DNA of 64,000 nt from an uncultured Candidatus Saccharibacteria bacterium. Lineage in GTDB: Bacteria > Patescibacteriota > Minisyncoccia > Phycocordibacterales > PALSA-1337. The position numbers and the translations under genes were made by a program. The notes below the pieces were generated by a model, which saw only the letters and a list, made by a program, of their open reading frames with translations, did not search any database and had not been told where the DNA came from. The DNA lies in assembly GCA_964495685.1 (NCBI GenBank), contig CAZBVQ010000001.1, positions 105,521-169,520 of the forward strand. Direction: 5' to 3'. Position 1 is the stretch's first letter. Each line of letters starts with the position of its first letter. Below, piece after piece: positions 58,079 to 64,000 of the stretch.

Positions 58079-58684
58079 ATGAAACATCCTCAATTTGAAC
58101 GTACGCTTGTGATTATCAAACCTGATGGTATCCAGCGAGGACTCATCGCCGAAGTCATCAAACGATATGAACAGATCGGGCTCAAGCTCGTGGGTATCAA
58201 GATGATGGTACCTACGCGCGAGCTCATCGAACAACACTACACACTCGATCCGGAGTGGCGTGTGAAGACGGGACTGAAGACGATCAATGCCTACAAAGAG
58301 CGGGGACTGAAACATCCGATTTCTGACGATCCTGTCAAAGTCACTGCTGTCATTCTCGAAAAACTGGTTGCCTATATGACCAAGGGGCCAATCATCGCCA
58401 TGGTGTGGCAAGGTGCACACGCAGTACAGATTGTGCGCAAACTGACCGGAGGCACGGAACCGTTGACGTCAGATGTAGGTACTATTCGTGGTGATTTCGT
58501 TCTTGATTCGTACGGTATGAGTGACCATGATGGACGTGCGGTCAGGAATATTGTCCACGCATCTGGCTCTGACAAAGAGGCGCAAGATGAAATCGCACAC
58601 TGGTTCACCAAAAATGAATTGTTCGACTACACACTTATCAGCGATGCGATCCTGTACGGTGCGGAACTCAAGGGAATATTGTAG
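58079..58684 (+). CDS. ndk: nucleoside diphosphate kinase (with insertions)
   Basis: ERTLVIIKPDGIQRGLI...NIVHASGSD (NxxHGSD variant). Confidence 0.85.
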   Translation: MKHPQFERTLVIIKPDGIQRGLIAEVIKRYEQIGLKLVGIKMMVPTRELIEQHYTLDPEWRVKTGLKTINAYKERGLKHPISDDPVKVTAVILEKLVAYMTKGPIIAMVWQGAHAVQIVRKLTGGTEPLTSDVGTIRGDFVLDSYGMSDHDGRAVRNIVHASGSDKEAQDEIAHWFTKNELFDYTLISDAILYGAELKGIL

Positions 58685-58734
58685 TCGTTTGTCAACGTTG
58701 ATCGGGTGTCGAAAAAATGTCGTAACTACTTATC

Positions 58735-58912
58735 CACCCTTGCGGTCTGGCAGAGGAGGACTACAATGAGATTAGGTTACGAGGTATTAACCCTATACCA
58801 ATTTATTTGGGATCCCGACGAACTTCGGTTCACATTAATTCGCACCCTGGTGTTGAATTTGAGGGAACCCACCTAACCTATTTAGGTTAGTAAATACTTC
58901 GTGACCTACCAA
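58735..58912 (+). ncRNA. candidate structured non-coding RNA / 3'UTR element with a long-range 15-bp helix
   Basis: AGGTTACGAGGTATT (58781-58795) pairs with AATACTTCGTGACCT (58893-58907), with 2 G.U pairs; internal hairpins GAAC-UUCG-GUUC and CUAACC-UAUUUA-GGUUAG. The element is immediately followed by an intrinsic terminator and then by a separate promoter-like sequence. Confidence 0.35.
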
Positions 58913-58914
58913 AG

Positions 58915-58941
58915 ATCATCCCTTCCTCGGGGTGATTTTTG
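58915..58941 (+). terminator. intrinsic terminator
   Basis: atcatccc-ttcctc-ggggtgat-ttttt (one G.U). Confidence 0.65.
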
Positions 58942-58974
58942 ATTTCCGGGAAAAAACGGTATACTGAGCCAACA

Positions 58975-59343
58975 ATGATCTCATATATTTTAGCGCTCAT
59001 TATCCTCACCCTAGTCCTTATTGGCAATTCACTTGGTCCGACAGCTACCCATATCAGTATCAAGTATTTCGACAGCATCCTACATCTTTTGGCGGGTATG
59101 GGATTGGGTTTTTTCTTTCTCGGATTGACGGTGAGGGGTGTGTTCAGGGATTGGCATACTCTGGGACGTGTCACGTTGATTGTTGTTGCCTGCGGTGTGA
59201 TGTGGGAGTTGTTCGAAATACATTTCGACCTGTCTGGGTATGCGTTGTGGACGACGATGTATTATCTCGATACGGTCAAGGATTTACTCCTTGATACCGT
59301 CGGAGCCGCGGTCGTGGCATATATAGTTGTCCACAAAGAATAA
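58975..59343 (+). CDS. small polytopic membrane protein, VanZ/YjdF-like C-terminal pattern (tentative); possible paralogue of 50517..51209
   Basis: 3-4 TM; WELFEI...D......LDTVKDLLLDTVGAAV resembles the YEIIEW...D...GD.WDAQKDMLMAGIGA of the other gene. Confidence 0.4.
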   Translation: MISYILALIILTLVLIGNSLGPTATHISIKYFDSILHLLAGMGLGFFFLGLTVRGVFRDWHTLGRVTLIVVACGVMWELFEIHFDLSGYALWTTMYYLDTVKDLLLDTVGAAVVAYIVVHKE

Positions 59344-59348
59344 TACCC

Positions 59349-60734
59349 ATGTCTTCACGTCCATATATCACATTCTGGAGTGGGGTAGGGACAGTCACTG
59401 GTGCCAATTTTGTTATGGATACGGGTCGTTCCCGGATCGCCATCGATTGTGGCATGGTACAGGGTGAGAAGTTCGCTACCGAGGAAAATGCACAACCATT
59501 TGCGTACGACCTATCGTCACTAAGTGCACTCATTATTACTCATGCTCACCTCGATCACGTTGGCCGTATACCCAAGTTGGTCAAGGATGGATACCAAGGT
59601 CCTATCTATTCGACACCGGAGACACGGGAGCTTGCAGAGCTGGTCTTGAATGATGCGGTGGGTATTCTGGCCTTGGAGGCAAAACAGAACGGTGGATTAC
59701 CACTCTACGGTATCGAAGATGTCGAGGCAGTATTTCCGCTCTGGAAAACTATTCCATATCATCAAGAGACGAAAATCACCGATGACGTTTCTGTGTTCTT
59801 GAAAGATGCGGGACACATTCTCGGCTCATCCATGATCGAAATGCATGTCAAAGGGGGGAAGTCGGATGGTAGCGATCTCAAGGTATTGTTTACGGGCGAT
59901 GTCGGCAATTCACCGGCACCTCTCCTGCGAGATACTGAGCCAGTTGGTGAAGTCGATTATATGATCACCGAAAGTGTGTATGGTGACCGCAATCACGAGG
60001 CTCGGGAGCTACGGACTCAGCAGTTCGAGAAAGTGATCAATGACACACTGGCACGTGGTGGCACCCTGGTCATTCCTGCCTTTTCGATCGATCGCACACA
60101 GGTACTACTTTATGAGCTGAACAACTTCGTCGAACAGAAGAAGATACCTTCGGTGCCTGTATTCGTCGATTCGCCTATGGCGATCAAGGCGACTGAGGTA
60201 TATCAGGCGAGCACGGAGCTTTTCAATGACAAAGTCAAAGAGCAAATAAATGGCGGAGATAATATTTTCCGTTTCCCGCATCTTCAGTTCACGGTGTCAC
60301 AGAATGAGTCTCGCGATATTGAGCGACTTCGCGGTGCCAAGATCATTCTGGCGGGATCAGGTATGTCAGTCGGTGGTCGTGTGCTCAGTCACGAGGAAGA
60401 TTTCTTGCCAGATCCCAAGAATACGATTCTTCTTGTGGGATATCAGACGACGGGCTCTCTGGGGAGGAAGTTGGCTGATGGTGCCAAGAAAGTCACGATC
60501 CATGGTCGCGAGATCAAGGTAAAGGCACATATTGAGACCTTGTATGGCTATTCGGCGCACAAAGACAGTGATCATATGGTGGAGTTCGTCGCTACGGCTT
60601 CTCGCCGTCTCAAGAAAGTCTTCGTGGTCATGGGTGAGCCCAAATCATCGATGTTCTTGGCACAACGGCTCAACAATGAGTTGGTTGTGAAGGCATTGGT
60701 ACCGGAGAGAGGGGAGAAGTATGAGTTGGAATAA
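59349..60734 (+). CDS. metallo-beta-lactamase-fold beta-CASP ribonuclease (RNase J / CPSF73-like, RNA-metabolising MBL)
   Basis: HAHLDHVG motif 2, beta-CASP region and C-terminal RMMBL-like segment (GYSAHKD). Confidence 0.8.
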   Translation: MSSRPYITFWSGVGTVTGANFVMDTGRSRIAIDCGMVQGEKFATEENAQPFAYDLSSLSALIITHAHLDHVGRIPKLVKDGYQGPIYSTPETRELAELVLNDAVGILALEAKQNGGLPLYGIEDVEAVFPLWKTIPYHQETKITDDVSVFLKDAGHILGSSMIEMHVKGGKSDGSDLKVLFTGDVGNSPAPLLRDTEPVGEVDYMITESVYGDRNHEARELRTQQFEKVINDTLARGGTLVIPAFSIDRTQVLLYELNNFVEQKKIPSVPVFVDSPMAIKATEVYQASTELFNDKVKEQINGGDNIFRFPHLQFTVSQNESRDIERLRGAKIILAGSGMSVGGRVLSHEEDFLPDPKNTILLVGYQTTGSLGRKLADGAKKVTIHGREIKVKAHIETLYGYSAHKDSDHMVEFVATASRRLKKVFVVMGEPKSSMFLAQRLNNELVVKALVPERGEKYELE

Positions 60735-60764
60735 AAAACCCCGAGGTGTCCTCGGGATTTTTTC
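60733..60764. terminator. bidirectional intrinsic terminator (beta-CASP gene / rplT convergent)
   Basis: aaaaaaccccgagg-tgt-cctcgggattttttc. Confidence 0.8.
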
Positions 60765-60769
60765 TGAAC

Positions 60770-61114
60770 CTATTTGATACTCTCTACAACTCGCTTGAAT
60801 GTCTCTGGCTTGAATTCTGCGAGATGAGCGAGGGCTTTGCGATCGAGCTCGACACCTTTCTTCTTGGCAGCGCCAATGAATTTGCTATAGGTAGTACCGA
60901 GCTGGCGGAGGCCGGCGTTGATCTTGACGTTGAAGAGGCGACGCATGTCACCCTTCTTGTCTCGACGATGAGCGAAGGCATAGGCACCGGCATGCTGGAG
61001 TGCATCAATGGCCATACGCTCCTTCTTGGAACGACCAAAGCGCATACCTTTTGCGGCCTTGAGGATGGAGCGGCGGTGCTTGAGGGCATTAATTCCTTTC
61101 TTGACACGTGTCAT
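60770..61114 (-). CDS. rplT: 50S ribosomal protein L20
   Basis: MTRVKKGINALKHRRSILKAAKG..., canonical L20. Confidence 0.95.
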   Translation of the reverse strand: MTRVKKGINALKHRRSILKAAKGMRFGRSKKERMAIDALQHAGAYAFAHRRDKKGDMRRLFNVKINAGLRQLGTTYSKFIGAAKKKGVELDRKALAHLAEFKPETFKRVVESIK

Positions 61115-61135
61115 GGTAGTTGATGTAGGTTACGA

Positions 61136-61327
61136 TTAAAGGTTGACGAGGAAACGACTCTTTGCCTTGTTGTCCATATGGATAGCGTACATACGACGCT
61201 TGGCAACACTGGCACGAGTACGCTCGCGGGCATTGAAGTGGTTCTGCCCAGCTTTGCGCGCCAAAATCTTGCCATTTTTGGTGATCTTGAGGCGCTTGAG
61301 ATATGATTTTGTGGTTTTAATACTCAT
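61136..61327 (-). CDS. rpmI: 50S ribosomal protein L35
   Basis: MSIKTTKSYLKRLKITKNGKILARKAGQNHFNA. Confidence 0.9.
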   Translation of the reverse strand: MSIKTTKSYLKRLKITKNGKILARKAGQNHFNARERTRASVAKRRMYAIHMDNKAKSRFLVNL

Positions 61328-61341
61328 AGATGTTTGATATT

Positions 61342-61405
61342 AGATATTAGATATCTGGTACTAGAGACGTCCGCACGTTTTTCTAATACCCAATATCCAA
61401 TATCT
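61342..61405 (-). promoter_or_regulatory. long imperfect inverted repeat in the infC-rpmI intergenic region (candidate L20 translational operator or processing stem)
   Basis: agatattagatatctgg (61342-61358) versus cccaatatccaatatct (61389-61405): 14 of 17 positions pair, enclosing a 30-nt loop with an acgt-ccgc-acgt-ttttt mini-hairpin. Confidence 0.4.
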
Positions 61406-61418
61406 AAGCTCTTGCGGT

Positions 61419-61928
61419 TTACTTCTTCTCAATAACAATACTCAGTCCTTTGGGTCCTTTGGTGACATCTTGGGCCACCTTGTATTCGACAGTCACGATC
61501 TTGAGGAGTCGTTCGAGACGTTCCTTCAAGAAGTTGAGGTCCATATACTTGGAGCGACCGATCAAGAAAAGGTCGATTTTGACACGATTGCCTTCAGCGA
61601 GCCACTCAGAGACACGCTTGGCTTTGAGTTCGAGGTCGTGCTCGCCAGTGCCGATCTTGACTTGGACGATTTTGAGTTCGCTGGTCAATGTCTTGGCCTT
61701 AGCGGCCTTCTCCTTCTTCTTCTCATCGTACAGATACTTGCCGTAATCCATGATCTTGGCGACCGGAGGGGTGGCTGTCGGAGAGATCTCGATCAGGTCT
61801 AAGGCACGCTTCTGGGCTTCTGCCAATGCTACAGAGAGCGCGATAACGCCGAGATTCTCTCCTTCGGCGGTTATGACGCGCAACTCAGGCGCTTTGATCT
61901 GATGATTGATTTTAACTCGTATAGCCAC
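61419..61928 (-). CDS. infC: translation initiation factor IF-3
   Basis: N-domain and C-domain blocks (LRVITAEGENLGV...LDLIEISP.A.PPVAKIMDYGK...). Confidence 0.9.
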   Translation of the reverse strand: MAIRVKINHQIKAPELRVITAEGENLGVIALSVALAEAQKRALDLIEISPTATPPVAKIMDYGKYLYDEKKKEKAAKAKTLTSELKIVQVKIGTGEHDLELKAKRVSEWLAEGNRVKIDLFLIGRSKYMDLNFLKERLERLLKIVTVEYKVAQDVTKGPKGLSIVIEKK

Positions 61929-62023
61929 GTGATAGGATTACAGGCGTTATTTATAGCATAATAAGGGGATACGCGCAATATCCACATTGTGTCTTGCGAG
62001 CCCCCACGATACAATAGTAGTGC

Positions 62024-62320
62024 ATGTTCGAGAGCACACCTCAGTACCCATTGAAGCACGCACATCATCGCAGGCATTTGGCGATACTTGTTTTGGCATT
62101 GATCGTGTTCTTGCTCATCATGGGAGGATACGTGTATCGGTCTGATTATTCGGGCTCAGCTGACAATGGTCAGATCCCTAGCCCTTCTTCGTCATGGTCA
62201 GCGGCTGATCAGAGGGCGAAGCAGGCGGTACTCGACACTATCAGTGTCCGCGTGACTGATACGTTGTCTCCGTCTGAGCTCAAAACCAAACAAGCATTGC
62301 TCAAATCAATTCGCAGGTAG
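62024..62320 (+). CDS. hypothetical single-TM protein
   Basis: HRRHLAILVLALIVFLLIMGGYVY TM segment. Confidence 0.4.
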   Translation: MFESTPQYPLKHAHHRRHLAILVLALIVFLLIMGGYVYRSDYSGSADNGQIPSPSSSWSAADQRAKQAVLDTISVRVTDTLSPSELKTKQALLKSIRR

Positions 62321-62352
62321 CATCATTTATTATTAGTTCACACATTTAGTAT

Positions 62353-63039
62353 ATGAAACATACTCAACTTCGTCCGCTCGTCTCAGGTCTCAGTATTGCA
62401 TTACTCGCTCTTGTGTTATCCGTCGGAGTTTCATATGTGTGGGCTGGTACATGGACGGCACCTGGGTCGACACCACCCAACGGCAACGTCGATGCACCAG
62501 TCAATATTGGTGTCGGTCACCAAAATAAGCTCGGCTCACTGTCGATCAATACGACAGCTTCCAGTCCTGACCCATACGGCCTTGATGTTTTTGGTATCTC
62601 GAGGTTTTTCGGTGATGTTCGTATCGGATCTACGACCTCCCCGGCATCGTTGACTGTAGTCGATGCCAGCGTGATAGCAGGAACGGCAAACGGCAAAGTT
62701 TTGACGTCTGACGCAAATGGAAAGGGGACATGGCAGACGCCTAGTGGTGGTGGAGTAGTAGTCAAGAATGGTAATGCAGTGATAGCGTGTGCAGATTATG
62801 GTAGTTCTGGTCCTGGATCTCAAGCAGTAACATTTCCCTCAGCATTTACGTCCGCGCCAACTGTCGTGATCACTCCGAACTGGTCCAATTACAGCGGTGA
62901 TGAAGCACCAAGTTGGTGGGTGACCAATGTGACGACGACAGGTTTCACTATCAATGTGCATACGCAGAATTCTTCGAGCGGCTGTATCGGTAACCTAGGT
63001 GCGGCTGGCAGGGTTCATTGGGTCGCAGTAGGAAACTAG
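62353..63039 (+). CDS. secreted protein with C-terminal H-type-lectin-like domain (tentative)
   Basis: Signal peptide; C-terminal AVTFPSAFTSAPTVVITPNW...VTNVTTTGFTINVHT...VHWVAVG resembles the H_lectin pattern (F..F...P.V......v.nvt..GF...v........W.A.G). Confidence 0.45.
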   Translation: MKHTQLRPLVSGLSIALLALVLSVGVSYVWAGTWTAPGSTPPNGNVDAPVNIGVGHQNKLGSLSINTTASSPDPYGLDVFGISRFFGDVRIGSTTSPASLTVVDASVIAGTANGKVLTSDANGKGTWQTPSGGGVVVKNGNAVIACADYGSSGPGSQAVTFPSAFTSAPTVVITPNWSNYSGDEAPSWWVTNVTTTGFTINVHTQNSSSGCIGNLGAAGRVHWVAVGN

Positions 63040-63069
63040 CATCAAGATTTGTCTTTGGTCGGACAATAT

Positions 63070-63564
63070 ATGGACTACTCAGTGCTGATATTCATAGTCA
63101 CCATTATATTGCTCGTTCCTGGAATTATTATGGCAATTGTTCCCGGTCTTCCGGGACTTTTGTTTATGCTTCTCATTGCGACAATCTATGGACTCTTTGA
63201 TCATTTCACCCACCTCACCCTCGGCAATCTCGGTATCCTCGCACTTATCACAGCAGTTGCAATGCTCGTGGATCTATTCTCAGGAATTATTGGTGCCAAG
63301 TGGGGAGGAGCTCACTGGTCATCGATCTGGTATGGACTTCTAGGTCTCGTCGTGGGCTCTATTGTCATCCCTATACCAATTATCGGTAGTTTGGCTGGAC
63401 TGTTCTTGGGAGTGCTTGGTGCTGAATGGTACCGTACTTCAAGTATCAAGAAGGCCAACAAGGCAGCCATGGGTAGTTTCGCTGGATCTATTGTCGGCAT
63501 GGTCAGTAATGGGGTAGCCGCGCTGACCTTTGTAATCCTCTTTGGTATCTTCGCTTGGTCTTAG
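63070..63564 (+). CDS. small polytopic membrane protein, DUF456/YqgC-like (tentative)
   Basis: About 165 aa, four hydrophobic helices, Gly-rich GxxxG packing motifs. Confidence 0.45.
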   Translation: MDYSVLIFIVTIILLVPGIIMAIVPGLPGLLFMLLIATIYGLFDHFTHLTLGNLGILALITAVAMLVDLFSGIIGAKWGGAHWSSIWYGLLGLVVGSIVIPIPIIGSLAGLFLGVLGAEWYRTSSIKKANKAAMGSFAGSIVGMVSNGVAALTFVILFGIFAWS

Positions 63565-63567
63565 AAT

Positions 63568-64000
63568 CTAGAGGAACTTCTTGACCAGTCGCATTAGTCG
63601 CTCGACTATCTTCTCGGTGAAGAAGCGCTTGCGCCATTCATTGAGATTGATCTCGTGTGAGTGTTGAATGTCGCGTACGAAATGGGCTGCGAGCTCCTCG
63701 GTAAATTTGGCATTAGTGGTGGCTATGTTGGCCTCAAAGTTGTAGAGAAGGGAGGCGCTATCGAGGTTCATGGAGCCGACGGTGGCCCATTCACCGTCGA
63801 TAATGACGGCTTTGCTATGAATGATGGTGCCCTCGTACAAGAAGAGGCGCACACCTGACTCGAGTAATGTGGTGAAGTATGATCGTGCTGCGAAATCGAG
63901 TGCTGGGTAGTGGTCGGTCCTCTCGGGTAGGACGATGCGCACATCGACACCGCGGTGAGCGGCGAGTTTGATGACGCGGAGCAGTCGGTGTGTGGGCACG
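63568..64000 (-). CDS. phospholipase D-family / cardiolipin-synthase-like protein, C-terminal HKD domain (partial; continues past window end)
   Basis: HKD motif HSKAVIIDGEWATVGSMNLD; no start codon within the window. Confidence 0.7.
   Translation of the reverse strand, partial: VPTHRLLRVIKLAAHRGVDVRIVLPERTDHYPALDFAARSYFTTLLESGVRLFLYEGTIIHSKAVIIDGEWATVGSMNLDSASLLYNFEANIATTNAKFTEELAAHFVRDIQHSHEINLNEWRKRFFTEKIVERLMRLVKKFL

Overview
This 64 kb window looks like a small, compact bacterial genome, possibly a Candidate Phyla Radiation / Patescibacteria-type organism. That lineage call is inference from gene content. It is based on the short trigger factor, a membrane pyrophosphatase, type IV pilus and ComEC genes, many single-TM hypothetical proteins, a rearranged ribosomal-protein neighbourhood and frequent leaderless-looking starts. 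The first ~6.7 kb is an AT-richer accessory or mobile island. It carries the C-terminal part of a Type IIG/ISP restriction-modification enzyme (partial at the window edge). Facing it on the minus strand is an operon of a 610-aa unknown protein, two small proteins, a beta-class DNA methyltransferase, a ParB-nuclease-domain/methyltransferase fusion and an ImmA/IrrE protease with an XRE repressor. Next come three tandem, divergently arranged pairs of a TrmB-family regulator and an orphan LivJ-like periplasmic binding protein, with no ABC permease or ATPase nearby. The rest is mostly housekeeping: HU, RNase Y, ClpP, RsmE, trigger factor, H+/Na+ pyrophosphatase, NusA, TpiA, Pgk, RecJ, RNase HI, SodA, L28, S12, S7, EF-G, Adk, MetAP, Ndk, L20, L35 and IF-3. 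Interspersed among these are a type IV pilus block (PilB, PilC and three prepilin-like proteins, one of 607 aa). There is a ComEC homologue split into two genes by an oppositely oriented sodA, with a 25-nt identical repeat upstream of both halves. There is an XRE/DUF397/hydrolase trio and a Tat-signal Cys/His-rich miniprotein. The rpsG-fusA junction carries an insertion with an ORF6N (phage KilA-N-like) gene, and no tuf follows fusA. There are many intrinsic terminators. Candidate RNA elements are an FMN-riboswitch-like leader before a RibU-like ECF S-component gene, a structured ~200-nt region after ndk that ends in a terminator, and a long imperfect inverted repeat between infC and rpmI. No CRISPR array, rRNA or convincing tRNA was seen. 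All functional calls come from motif and family recognition by eye and are unverified.
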